DNA of 63,338 nucleotides, filler included, from Octopus bimaculoides (taxonomy: Eukaryota), in assembly GCF_001194135.2 (NCBI RefSeq). It is 4 parts of 4 records of this genome, joined end to end, with 100 filler letters (N's around TTAATTAATTAA, not from the genome) between each part and the next. Parts side by side here need not be neighbours in the genome. Positions count along the whole stretch, not along the records: positions 1 to 26,528 come from NC_068984.1; 3 more parts are not named here. One strand, given 5' to 3'. Shown here in pieces: positions 1 through 11,856 of this stretch. Position 1 is the stretch's first letter, and the number at the start of each line of letters is the position of its first letter. The notes beneath the pieces are model-generated. The model had not been told where the DNA came from and did not search any database. It saw only the letters and a program-made list of their open reading frames with translations. Position numbers and translations under genes: made by a program.

Positions 1-16
1 AGTAGTAGTAGTTGTT

Positions 17-49
<33 letters not shown>
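1..49. repeat. (AGT)n microsatellite
   Basis: Direct reading; one GTT interruption. Confidence 0.95.
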
Positions 50-438
50 TCTGTGGTGATGGTATACATGAATAGGCTTACTCTGAACATACGCTTGTAA
101 GCCGGTGGGGACGATGGGGAGAGAGATGCCTACCTGGGGTCTGCAAAGGTAGTATTGGGGTTCCGAGAAATGAATTCAAAATTTCATATATATACATTAG
201 AATAAGCACAGTGTGTCTTTCATTTCTGAAGACAGCAGGATGTAATATGAGGGAAGTGTGATTGCTATTTCTTGTGGGTCGGTCGATCACACAGTTTGAA
301 AATTGGACTGATTTCTTAAAATCTTAAAATCTTAAATCTAAATCTTAATTCATAAGTGTGAGGCTTGTAAGGATTGGAAGGTGGTGGGAAGGCGGATATC
401 CTAGTCAGTATTCTGTTACATGTTTCAGGAAGGTACAA

Positions 439-840
439 GCATGGACAGTCTGTCACCAACTAAAGAAGGTCTGGAACTCCAAATTGTCCGGATAAATCAA
501 AATCAAACTGTTCATTGCAACAGTCGAACCAGCACTGTTATATGCCAGTGAAACATGGACACTGACAAAAATTAACAAACAGGCAAAGTGGATGCTACAC
601 AAGGAAGCTACGAATGGCCCTAAATGTTAGCGAGAAGATCAGGCAAAGACGGCTGCAACTATCTGGTCACTACGTGTGCCACTCTGATCTGCAAGCATCC
701 AAATTAGTCTTGTGGAACCCACTATATGGTGATATAATAAGGGGAAAACGTCATTACACTTATATCGATTGCAGAGTCTGATCTGGAACTTATCCAGGAC
801 CTCGAGGCAATAATGATGGTCCGAGAAGTGTTTCGGGGGT
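439..840 (+). mobile_element. Degenerate RTE-clade (RTE-X-like) LINE, post-RT C-terminal fragment
   Basis: Manual translation across a stop and frameshifts: AWTVCHQLKKVWNSKLSG*IKIKLFIATVEPALLYASETWTLTK / SGCYTRKLRMALNVS / EKIRQRRLQLSGHYVCHSDLQASKLVLWNPLYG...YTYID. These match the LLYxxETW and RRLxxxGH motifs of RTE ORF2. Confidence 0.8.
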
Positions 841-904
841 AAACTTTGTTGCTGCAGCTTGTGTTGGAAGATGAGCTACAGCAAATATTCTGCTCAATAC
901 CACA

Positions 905-1293
905 GATTTGTTTGTCAGTTGTTTGACCTTAACCAGTTGAGCATGTCCCTTAGTGACTGACAGTACTTGTATCTCTGATCACGAGCAAAAGTAGTGGGGG
1001 CGCATCATAGTCACCTCTGGAAACATGGGTGTTTTGTTCAACATCCTTAAATGAACCTTATCCACGGATCTTTTGAGTGGGATGGGCTACTCAACCCGGA
1101 GAAAACTCTAACTGGGCCCCACCTGCAAGGTCCTGCGCTGTTGTCTTGATATGAGATCACCATGTCGCCTACATGTGGTTGTGATGCATGTGCCTGGTGT
1201 ACCCTTATCAGATGGGTAGTCATGATGGGTATACTGGGCTTCATATATTTTATCCCTGTGTCACTTTTATGGCATGCACTGCTCTCTCACGCA

Positions 1294-1337
<44 letters not shown>
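905..1337 (+). mobile_element. Retroposon 3' segment ending in an (AAT)n tail
   Basis: GC-richer non-coding block ending abruptly in about 14 AAT units (1294-1337), typical of an RTE/SINE 3' tail. Family not assigned. Confidence 0.55.
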
Positions 1338-1464
1338 TTCAGTCGTTGGATTTCGACCATGCTGGGGCAACACTTTGAAGGAGTTTAGTTGAACAAATCG
1401 ACAAGGGCATATATTTTAAAGATTGATAATTTATTGTAATTACAAGGTCATTACTTGATCAAAT

Positions 1465-1848
1465 GTTGTTGGCACTCCGTCGCTTACGACGCCGAGGGTT
1501 CCAGTTGATCCGATCAACGGAACAGCCTGCTCGTGAAATTAACGTGCAAGTGGCTGAGCACTCCACAGACACGTGTACCCTTAACGTAGTTCTCGGGGAT
1601 ATTCAGCGTGACACAGTGTGACAAGGCTGGCCCTTTGAATTACAGGCACAACATAAACAGGCAGTAAGAGTGAGAGAAAATTGTGGTGAAAGAGTACAGC
1701 AGGGTTCGCCACCATCCCCTGCCGGAGCCTCGTGGAGCTTTAGGTGTTTTCACTCAATAAACACTCACAACGCCTGGTCAGGGAATCGAAACCGCGATCC
1801 TATGACCGCGTGTCCGTTGCCCTAACCACTGGGCCATTGCGCCTCCAC
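1465..1848 (-). mobile_element. tRNA-derived SINE family C, full length
   Basis: Pol III A/B-box-like head (TGGCCCAGTGGTTAGG ... GGTTTCGATTCCC on -), (CAA)n tail, and exact 12-bp TSD ACTTGATCAAAT at 1453-1464 and 1849-1860. Near-identical copies at 12302, 16487 and 17885. Confidence 0.92.
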
Positions 1849-2238
1849 ACTTGATCAAATATGCGTGGGGCATATTCAAACTAATAGGTGAGCATTTCAC
1901 TGTGTTTTGTCGTGTAGAAAATTACTCGCTGTAAAAAAATTTTTCCATGACAAAATTTTTTCTAAAACGCAGTGAATGGCTTTCTTACGGGTTCGAATAT
2001 TCCCCAAGTATACTTGAAGTGTTAATAAATTTGTATTTATACACATCACTGCTTAGCGCTGCTGCCATCTCGTAATTTATTGTAACGTTTTCTGTTATTC
2101 GAAACGCTAAGTTACGAACACGTAAACAAACATCGGTTGTTAGACAGTCGGACATAAGCACAACACATACATACACACGCATGCATACACTCACACATAC
2201 ATACATACATACATACATACATACATACATACATACAT

Positions 2239-2378
2239 AAAGCTATGCTAGATTTTTTATCAGATTTAAAATGTGGCATTGTTTTCGTTATTTACATTCC
2301 AAAGATGGACCTTCGTTTCTTTGTTGGAAACCGGCTCCTTCTTCAGAGGAAGAGTTTAAATGATTAAATACAGAAGAG
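2239..2378 (+). mobile_element. R4/Dong-like LINE 3' UTR fragment embedded in (ACAT)n
   Basis: Homologous to the 3' end at 36481-36560 (-): TTGGAAACCGG.TCC.TC.TCAG.GGAAGA...GAAGAG then ACATACAT. (ACAT)n on both sides. Confidence 0.65.
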
Positions 2379-2412
2379 ACATACATACATACATACATAC
2401 ATACATACATAC

Positions 2413-2641
2413 ACACGTGTGGGATCTTTCTGATTTGACTGGCAACACTTTTCATTTATGTTTTATGTAGTGTTTTTGGTACCGAAGTACTTTCAAACTT
2501 TGTATACTTGTATATTTTGTGTTATAGAACAGATAAAAATTTTTGTATTCGAAGTTATTTCATGTAAAAAAATTGTCGTATTTCGGTATGCATTAAGAAA
2601 ACAAGTGGTGCCCGTCAAATCAGAAAGATCCCACGTGCGTA
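2413..2641. mobile_element. Tc1/mariner-type MITE (about 230 bp)
   Basis: Terminal inverted repeats with a perfect 21-bp core GTGGGATCTTTCTGATTTGAC (2419-2439) versus 2614-2634; AT-rich interior; TA-rich flanks. Confidence 0.75.
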
Positions 2642-2721
2642 TAAAATAAGTACCAGTTGAACATTAACGTCGCTCTAATCGACTAGGTCCCTCACACGAA
2701 ATTTTTGATCTTCTGCCTAAT

Positions 2722-2945
2722 TAAGGCGACGAGCTGATAGAACTGTTAGTGCGAGGAACAAATTGCTCAGCGATATTTCTTCCGGCTCTTTATATTCTGA
2801 ATTCAAATTCCACCGAACGTAACATTTTCCTTTCGTCCTTTCGGGATCGATAAAATAAAGTACCAGTCAGGTACTGAGGACGGTGTAATCAACTGGCCCC
2901 CCTCCGCCTAAAATTACTGGCCTTGTGCAAAAATTTGAAACAATT
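2722..2945 (+). mobile_element. SINE family B, diverged copy
   Basis: TAAGGCGACGAGCTG head, TTCAAATTCC B-box-like motif, CCTTTCGGGATCGATAAAATAAAGTACCAG central domain. Confidence 0.75.
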
Positions 2946-3809
2946 AAGCTGTTAGATTGGCAAAATTGCTAGAGCGTACTCTGAGTTCAAATCCTTCTGA
3001 AGTTAATTTTGCTTTTTATCCTTTGGGAGTAGATAAAATAGTGGAGGTATTAGGGGAACTGTAAGAAAGTCGGACATGGTTCTTAGGGAAGGAATTTGCA
3101 TCACCTCTTTACGTTCTAAGTTCAAAACTCGTCATGGCCTAATTGGGTGGATAACTTAACCCATCACCATGTTTAACACCACAATCTTGCACCTTAACGG
3201 TTTTTAGCGGATTTAGCGGGGCCCAACGTGTTGTAAGCATTCGGCAATGTTTCCAGTTTGAAGATACCTTCCACCCATCTGCCATACTGTGAAGCTCTAT
3301 AGTGGTTCATGGACAATGGTTTCCCTTCTAAATAATATTTTTAAAAAAAAAAAGAGAAAGAGAGAAAAAAGCCGCCTCACATTTTCCCCCTTGCTTTATT
3401 TTTAATTAATTAATTTTTTTTTTCTGCAGTTGGTGACAAAACTGACTTTGGATCTGCTGGTTTTTAAAATTTTTGTTAATCAAGGTAAATAATTTCGATT
3501 TCATGTATGCAGGAGTTATCTTTCCTTGGACCTTGCAAAGATTGATATTTTCAAAATTCTTTTATTACATGTGTTCATCTCGTTTTGAGGTAAACAAAAT
3601 AAACTTTGCATATCAGAAATATTTCATAAAAATATAAATAATTTATAAGTTTAATTTTTTGTTATTTCTTTCTGCAGATTAGATGAGAAAGAAATTTTTC
3701 ATAATATATAAATATTTTACAATACATGATGCATTTGAAATTAATTTCTAGTTTTACACATTTTTCATTGTAGCAACGTGTACAGTGGATGTAACAGCAT
3801 TATATATCT

Positions 3810-4487
3810 TTTAACTATCTTTTATTTCTTTCAGTCATTAAACAGCGGCCATGCTGGGGCACCGCCTTGAAATTTCTTTTTTTCTTTTTAGTTGAATGAA
3901 TCGACCTCTTTGAATTTTTCTTTAAGCCTGGTAATTATTCTATCGATCCCTTTATATGTATATGTACATCTTTTATCTTTTACTTGTTTCAGTCATTTGA
4001 CAGTGGCCATGCTGGGGAACTGCCTTGAAGGGTTTTAGTCGAACAAATCGACCCCAGGACTTACTTTTTTTTATTAAGTATACTACTTATTCTATCGGTC
4101 TCTTTTGCCGAAGCGGTAACTTACGGTGACGTAAACAGACCAACATCGGTTGTCGAGCGGTGGTGGGGGACAAACACAGACACAGAGACACACACACATA
4201 GATATATATACATTTTCACGGTGGTGCACCAGCATGACCGCAGCCACTTGGCTGAAACACATAAATAAATAAATAAATATACATATGTATATACAGACAG
4301 ACAGGCAGTCAGACAGACAGATAGATAGATAGATAGATAGATAGATGCTTCTGTTTACCAAATCCACTTACAGGGCTTTGGTCGGCCCGAAGTTATTGTA
4401 GAAACACCTGTACAAGGTACTACGCAGTGGTATTGAACCCGAAATCATGTGTTTGGGAAGCAAGCGTTTTAGCACACAGCCACACCA
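3810..4487 (-). mobile_element. SINE family A (CORE-like), a 3' fragment plus a longer copy in tandem
   Basis: Matches the family consensus seen full length at 57040-57446; internal microsatellite. Confidence 0.85.
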
Positions 4488-5020
4488 CCATATTTGATAC
4501 TTTTGTTACGTACGACATATTGTAGTTAATGATTCATACGTTATTCTACATTGCTATTTTCTACAATAAATTTTCTACATAAATTCATAAATCTTATATA
4601 CGTATTCAAAACTACTAAAATATATACATATTTCCACGTAGGTCTTATAATCTTGCTAACAGGTTACATATATTTTTCTAAAGGTTTTCAAGGGACAGCA
4701 TGTTTAGTTTATGCAAAAGTTGTGCATTTTTAGAACATATTTCACACATTTTGTGCAAAAGTTTCTGAAGAGCAATATTTCTTGAAAAGATATGAGGTGG
4801 CACCAACCCACCTTGGCCTTCGAAATTTTCACTCCATAATTTCAAATTATTTTGGTTTTTTTCGTACTGCTTAAATCAAGAAATACATGCACGCAGCGTA
4901 AATAGGATAAAGTTGAATACACGACATCTCTCAAGTAGATTCAATACAAAAGTTAATAGTGGAATAGTGGAATATATCAAGTCAGAGGAATAAGTGTAAA
5001 TACATATAGCGTGTAATATA

Positions 5021-5220
5021 CACGAAGGATACTGAAAAGTTCCTGGTTTTAAGGGTGTCACGAAAGGCTTGGTTGGAGGCCCAACCTTCCGAGTTCTTTT
5101 ACTGAAGGACTGCTGCAATAGGTGTGCAAATCTGAGAGGGGAATATGTTGAATAGAATAATTAACTGATCCTCTGGTATTTTCTTTTCCCCAAAGCCGGG
5201 AACTTTTCAGCATTCCCTGA
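5021..5220 (+). mobile_element. Internally deleted mariner element (MITE)
   Basis: TIRs CTGAAAAGTTCCTGGTTTT / AAAGCCGGGAACTTTTCAG, TA flanks, and a retained transposase C-terminus CANLRGEYVE*. Confidence 0.8.
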
Positions 5221-5367
5221 TATATATTGATGATCAGGGCCGGTTTTAAGCCAATTTACAATTGGGCCTCGTGCACACATTCGAGCGGAGGACGCTGTGA
5301 TGAATCGTATATTATTGTAACTATTGGTGGAGCCTCAAGCCCTCAACGCTTTTTGGCTGGGACTGGC

Positions 5368-5780
5368 GTTTACGTCACCGTAAGTTACCGCTTTGGCAAA
5401 AGAGACCGATAGAATAAGTTCTAAGCTTAATAAAAAAGTAAGTCCTGGGGTCGATTTGTTCGACTAAGACCCTTCAAGGCGGTGCCCCAGCATGGCCACT
5501 GTCAAATGACTGAAACAAGTAAAAGATAAAAGATATATATNNNNNNNNNNNNNNNNNNNNNNNNNNNNNNNNNNNNNNNNNNNNNNNNNNNNNNNNNNNN
5601 NNNNNNNNNNNNNNNNNNNNNNNNNNNNNNNNNNNNNNNNNNNNNNNNNNNNNNNNNNNNNNNNNNNNNNNNNNNNNNNNNNNNNNNNNNNNNNNNNNNN
5701 NNNNNNNNNNNNNNNNNNNNNNNNNNNNNNNNNNNNNNNATAAATATAAAGGGACCGATAGAATAATTACCAGGCTTAAA
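5368..5780 (+). mobile_element. SINE family A 3' half plus adjacent fragment; inverted duplicate of 3921-4136
   Basis: Shares private variants and the composite junction with the minus copy; interrupted by an N gap. Confidence 0.8.
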
Positions 5781-5967
5781 ACATCAATCTTCAGCTTTTG
5801 TGGAGTAGAGGCCCCACTGACAATTCTCTAATTGGGTCCCGCACTTCCTAGCGCAAGCCTTGTTGTAATGTGATGACACATTATGTATTGTAATATATAT
5901 ATATATATTGAGTAGATTTTGGAATGAGATATAAAAGGAGAAAATTAATTTGATCTGCAGAATTAAT

Positions 5968-6385
5968 TATTTCTCTATTACTCACAAGGGGCTAAAGATT
6001 GAGACGACAAACAAGGACAGACAAAGAGATTAAGTCGATTACATCGACGCCAGTTCGTAACTGGTACTTATTTAATTGACCCCGAAAGGATGGAAGGCAA
6101 AGTCGACCTCGGCATAATTTGAACTCAGAACGTAACGGCAGACGAAATACCTATTTCGTTATTGCCCACAAGGGGCTAAACATAGAGGGAACAAACAAGA
6201 ACAGACGAACGGATTAAGTCGATTACATCGACCCCAGTGCGTAACTGGTACTTAATTTATCGACCCCGAAAGGATGAAAGGCAAAGTTGACCTCGGCAGA
6301 ATTTGAACTCAGAACGTAACGGCAGACGAAATAGCGCTAAACATTTCGCCGCCCGGCGTGCAAACGATTCTGCCAGCTCGCCGCC
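5968..6385 (-). mobile_element. SINE family B head-to-tail dimer
   Basis: One full and one 5'-truncated monomer, bracketed by a single 18-bp TSD TTGATCTGCAG(A/G)ATTAAT at 5950-5967 and 6386-6403. Confidence 0.88.
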
Positions 6386-6680
6386 TTGATCTGCAGGATT
6401 AATGAACATGTGAAAGTTAACTGAGTCACGAGGCGAAGAAGATAGCAGAATGAACTTTCGAGTACAAAACAATAAATAGAACGAATCCAATTTGAGCCAA
6501 ATAATTTAGAGCTTGAATCGAATGATTTAGAAAGTAATTCATATAAAGTGGGACAAACAGTTGTTACTCACAAAATTGTATGTATGTATGTATGTGTGTG
6601 CGCGTGTATGTGTGAATATATGTGTGTATATGTATGTATACACATACATACACATATATATGTACATGTATATGCACATA

Positions 6681-6890
6681 CTCTCTTTTATTCTCTTTTA
6701 CTCTTTTACTTGTTTCAGTCATTTGACTGTGGCCATGCTGGAGCACCGCTTTTGTCGAAAAAATCTTATTCTTTGTAAGCCCAGTACTTATTCTATCGGT
6801 CTTTTTTGCCGAACCGCTAAGTTACGGAGACGTAAACACACGAGCATCGGTTGTCAAGCGATGTTGAGGGGACAAGCACAGACACACAAG

Positions 6891-6926
<36 letters not shown>

Positions 6927-7380
6927 NNNNNNNNNNNNNNNNNNNNNNNNNNNNNNNNNNNNNNNNNNNNNNNNNNNNNNNNNNNNNNNNNNNNNNNNNN
7001 NNNNNNNNNNNNNNNNNNNNNNNNNNNNNNNNNNNNNNNNNNNNNNNNNNNNNNNNNNNNNNNNNNNNNNNNNNNNNNNNNNNNNNNNNNNNNNNNNNNN
7101 NNNNNNNNNNNNNNNNNNNNNNNNNNNNNNNNNNNNNNNNNNNNNNNNNNNNNNNNNNNNNNNNNNNNNNNNNNNNNNNNNNNNNNNNNNNNNNNNNNNN
7201 NNNNNNNNNNNNNNNNNNNNNNNNNNNNNNNNNNNNNNNNNNNNNNNNNNNNNNNNNNNNNNNNNNNNNNNNNNNNNNNNNNNNNNNNNNNNNNNNNNNN
7301 NNNNNNNAGTTCTTTGACTGCTATTTCTGAATTCTCAGTATGTTGGAGAAGCAACTCATGCTAATCCCTGTATATTTATG

Positions 7381-7413
<33 letters not shown>

Positions 7414-7541
7414 GATGGGCTCCTTCCAGTTTCCGTCTACCAAATCCACTCACAAGGCTTTGGTCGGCCCGAGGCTATAGTAGAAGACACTTGCTCAAGG
7501 TGCCACGCAGTGGGACTGAACCCGGAACCACTCCTACGCCT
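6681..7541 (-). mobile_element. SINE family A copy spanning an N gap
   Basis: 3' half at 6681-6890, then internal microsatellite and gap, then 5' half at 7410-7541 with a small head deletion. The halves could be two separate copies. Confidence 0.8.
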
Positions 7542-7739
7542 ATGTATATATATATATCGATTTTTTTTTTGCGATTAAATTCAATGCTTGACACAAGTAA
7601 AGGACTATATATATATTTCTAACAAAACTGTCCGATGAACGGGAACGCGAAACTCAAAGCAGCAGAAATATAACAAAAAACTGTTACTCGGATTCCAGTA
7701 TGTTAAGTCTTACTCTGTCCAACTCATCTGTTGAACAGC

Positions 7740-7993
7740 TAGTTTGTGACGTCACAGACAAATTAACATCGGTTGACAAACGGTTGGGACTGAGAAAGAC
7801 ATACATACACCGACACAAACACACATACGACGAGCTTCCACACCGTTTCCGTCTACCAAATACACTCACAAGGATTTGATCGGCCCAGTGCCATAGTAGA
7901 ATATACTTGCACAATATGCCGTGCGGTGAGACTGAACCCGAAACCATGTGGTTGCAAAGCAAGCTTCTTAATCACACAAATTTACTGGCGCCT
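7740..7993 (-). mobile_element. SINE family A, diverged copy
   Basis: Head and CORE-like region align to 57040-57200. Confidence 0.8.
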
Positions 7994-8054
7994 CTGTGTT
8001 TGTGTGTGTGTGTGTGTGTGTGTGCGTGTGCGTGAGAGAGAGAGAGAAAGAGAG

Positions 8055-8095
<41 letters not shown>

Positions 8096-8924
8096 GGGAA
8101 ATTTAAAGGAANNNNNNNNNNCGTATTTGAAGATAATTTTATGTATATGTAACCGGAAGGGCGACGGAAATTTTCAACCAAAACTCTCGATCCACAAACC
8201 ATATTTCCAGTATGAATCATAATGCTCGGTTTTTCAATGTCTTTGATTATTTTCCGTTTCTCTATTTGCTTTACGTATGGAAACTATTTTGTTTTTCGAA
8301 GATAGCGGAGGATATTTATTAGTCCTCCCTTGGCTCATAAGACAACAGTGTCCACGATGTTATGACACTGACAAAAAGTAACTAAACACAAAATTATGCA
8401 GCAAATTGCACGTCTCAGGGAAACACTTCACATCGGAGATGCTTAGAAAATAAAAACTCGATCTCGGCATGAAGTTCTGAAGAAAAATTCTAATTTGTTT
8501 ATTCACAAATGATCACTTGTCAAAAACTGGTATCACCAACAAGTACTTAACCATACATCACGCACTCATATTTCAATATACAACAAAAGACTTGTCGCGC
8601 AAACACACTCTCGTCACAATTTAACCCAATCGTTCTCATACACACAAAATAATATAACATATACGCATATATTTATACTGACTGCAGAGTTTCGTTAAAG
8701 AGAAAAGATATTTAAGTGTTTAACCCTCTTAACATTTTCTCTGGGTCGGAAGTGACCCACTATAATACTTGAAACTGTTTTTTAAAAAAACAACTAAATA
8801 CTTTCGTTTCTCAGAAGAGACTCATCTCTTATTCTATCATATATACCTTACTCACATCTTATTAACGTCAACAACATACCAACTCTAAACGCTTACATCT
8901 CTAAGCCGAACGTATATACCGTCT

Positions 8925-8983
<59 letters not shown>

Positions 8984-9208
8984 CCTATCTATCTATCTAT
9001 CTACCTATCTATCTATCTACGTATGTACGTACATATGTGTGTATGTCATTATTCAGTTTATTTCAAGATTTCTGCATGTATGTATGTATGTATGTATGTA
9101 TGTATGTATGTATGTATGTATGTATGTATGCATGCATGCAGCGCTGGATTAACCATTATTTACATTATTTACAATTGACGGATATTTGTCCTCATCTTAT
9201 TTGTTGTT

Positions 9209-9254
9209 AACACGACGTTTCGGCTGATATACCCTCCAGCCTTCATCAGGTATC
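9209..9254 (-). ncRNA. Minimal type I hammerhead ribozyme (PLE type), GUC cleavage site
   Basis: GAUAC-CUGAUGA-A-GGCUG(gagggUaUaU)CAGCC-GAAA-CG-UC-GUGUU: stem I with G-U pairs, 5-bp stem II, palindromic ACGU stem III. Confidence 0.7.
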
Positions 9255-9346
9255 TTGGGGAAATTTCGAACCTGGGTTCTCATTCCTAACGTATTTTTCG
9301 ATGTTGCTGTTGTTGTTGTTGTCATTCAGGTTCGAAATTTCCCCAA

Positions 9347-9392
9347 GACACCTGATGAAGGCTGGAGGGTATATCAGCCGAAACGTTGTGTT
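9347..9392 (+). ncRNA. Minimal type I hammerhead ribozyme (PLE type), GUU cleavage site
   Basis: GACAC-CUGAUGA-A-GGCUG...CAGCC-GAAA-CG-UU-GUGUU; predicted cut after 9387. Confidence 0.65.
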
Positions 9393-9899
9393 AACAGCAA
9401 ACAAGACGAGGACAAATATCCGTCAATTGTAAGTAATGTAAATAACGTACATAATTCCTCATCTCTTAAATATAGAGCTGGGTTAACCATTAAGCAAAAT
9501 AAGCACGTGCTTAGGGTATCAAGGGAAGAAGGGCACCACAGGAATGGTAAATAGTTTACAGTACAAAAGAAATCACTTTAAACTTGCTAAGATAATATTT
9601 GAAGTGGTTTATATGATCGGAAACACAATTTTGTAGAATTTATGGTGTCATAGTGAGGATCTGATCAAAGACTTTGCAATTAAAAAAGTAGGGGCAAACT
9701 TTTCAAATATATATAAGTGAGAATAAGCAAAAATAAACATTATTTTCCCATCTTACTGTTAGTTTTGTTTCATTTTGAAAAATAAAATCTATTTTATTGT
9801 TTATTATTGTTTACACTTTCAATTATATTAATATGGGGGTACCAAAGTCTTTTAAGTGCGTAGGGCGTCTATGAGTCTTAATCCGGCCCTGTATGTATA

Positions 9900-10327
9900 C
9901 TCTTTACTCTCTCTCTCTTTTACTTGTTTCAGTCATTTGACTGTGGCCATGCTGGAGCACCGCCTTTAGTCGAGCAAATCGACCCCAGGACTTATTCTTT
10001 GGAAGCCTAGTACTTATTCTATCGGTCTATTTTTGCCGAATCGCTAAGTTACGGGGACGTAAACACACCAGCATCGGTTGTCAAGCGATGTTTTTTTTTT
10101 GGGGGGGGGGGCAAACACAGACACACAAACATATACACACACATACACATATAAACATATATACGACGGGCTTCTTTCAGTTTCCGTCTACCAAATCCAC
10201 TCACAGTGCTTTGGTCAGCCCGATGCTATAGTAGAAGACACTTGCTCAAGGTGCCACGCAGTGGAACTGAACCCGGAACCATGTGGTTGGTAAGCAAGCT
10301 ACTTGCCACACAGCCACGCCTACGCCT
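9900..10327 (-). mobile_element. SINE family A, full length
   Basis: Whole consensus present; the 5' end abuts (ACAT)n. Confidence 0.92.
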
Positions 10328-10902
10328 ATGTATGTATGTATGTATGTATGTATGTATGTATGTATGTATGTATGTATGTATTATGCGTGCATGTGTGTAT
10401 GTTTGTATAGATGTTTGTATGGATGTCAATGCATCCCTCTAGGAGAAAGCTAATTCATATATAAAACCCACTGCTCACCAGATCCGGGTACCTTCCACTT
10501 GTCTTTGGGCTTCCTGGTGTTGCTAGTGATGATAGTCGTTAGGGAGTTGTGAAAGCTGCACTCCACTCAAAATCCGTGCCCGGGCATTACTGGCACTTAA
10601 CACTTAACACCCTTTGTTCTTGACTTTTGTGTCAGCGATGGTCATGCTCTTCTAACAAGTAGACAAGTGGACAACCATCATTGACGTATGTATAAGAAAG
10701 GTTATTTTTTTTTAAAGAATAAGGTTATTTCTTTTTAAATAAATAAGAGATATTCATATGAAATGTTTCGTAGAATGACGTATTTTTACGGAAAGAGTGA
10801 GTTAGTGATAAAATATATTTTAAAAATTTGGTAAATAAAAAGGTAATATATATATAGATATTTTATTAATTCTTTACTCGGACGAATAATACAGTTAGAG
10901 AA

Positions 10903-11008
10903 TCTAATAGTTTTACTTCCAATTATGTATGTATGTATGTATGAATGCATGCATGCATGTATGCATGTAAATATGTAATATTTGTATGTAGGTATGTATG
11001 TATTAATG

Positions 11009-11039
<31 letters not shown>

Positions 11040-11478
11040 TATATTATTTATGTATGTATGTATGTATGTATGTACGTATGTATGCATGTAAATATGTAAT
11101 ATTTGTATGTATGTAATATATTATGTATGTGTGTATGTATGTATGTATGTATGTAGGTATGTATTAATGTATGTATGTATGTATGTATGTAATATATTAT
11201 GTATGTATGTATGTACGTATGTATGCATGTATGCATGTATGCATGCATGTATGCATGTAAATATGTAATATTTGTATGTATGTAATATATTATGTATGTG
11301 TGTATGTATGTATGTATGTATGTATGCATGTATGTATGTATACATGTATGTAATGTATGTATGTATGTATGTATGTATGTATGCATGTACAGTATGTATG
11401 TACAGTATGTATGTATGTATATATGTATGCATGCATGTATGTATGTATCTGTGTATGTATGTATGTATGTATGTATGA
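10903..11478. repeat. Degenerate (TATG)n array with higher-order units
   Basis: Direct reading; recurring ATGCATGTAAATATGTAATATTTGTATGTA blocks. Confidence 0.92.
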
Positions 11479-11607
11479 ATCATGTTTTCCTTTGAGTTTT
11501 ATTTAAGTTCTTCTTAAGAGAGTTCAAGCTGGTCGCTAACACAACAAAATTTTGTTCAGTCAGGAGAGTCCTTGGTGTTTGTAAATATGTGGTTGAGTTA
11601 GGAGGAG

Positions 11608-11679
11608 GACACTTGTCCAAGGTGCCACGCAGTGGTACTAAATCCAGAAGTTTCTTTCCACGCACCCATGCCTGCGCCT
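11608..11679 (-). mobile_element. SINE family A head fragment
   Basis: AGGCGCAGGCATGGGTGCGTGG ... GGCACCTTGGACAAGTGTC on the minus strand. Confidence 0.7.
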
Positions 11680-11856
11680 GCAAGTAAATTTAAATTAAAC
11701 ATATCGTGACATAAAATTTTAAATAAACAACTGTGGCGTAAAAGAAACCCAATCTAAAAATGTCAGAAGCAGCGTCAAATGCGTTGCGAAGCTTCTGTAA
11801 ACCGATCTCAATGTGATTATGTCGTAACAACAGAATTTAAGTTTTTCCACTTTACT

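Larger units (their letters stand above)
9156..9445. mobile_element. Penelope-like element terminal remnant as a 119-bp inverted repeat
   Basis: Arms 9156-9274 and 9327-9445 differ at 6 positions, all transitions; 52-nt spacer; each arm contains a hammerhead core. Confidence 0.8.
9139..9891. mobile_element. hAT-like MITE in (TATG)n, interrupted by a Penelope-type inverted repeat
   Basis: TIRs CAGCGCTGGATTAA (9139-9152) and TTAATCCGGCCCTG (9878-9891). The insertion duplicated GCTGG(A/G)TTAACCATTA (9143-9158, 9477-9492). Confidence 0.7.

Noticed and set aside
3430-3484. Canonical-looking acceptor/donor pair
   Set aside because: Sits in AT-rich, DNA-transposon-like sequence; the only open frame is compositionally poor.
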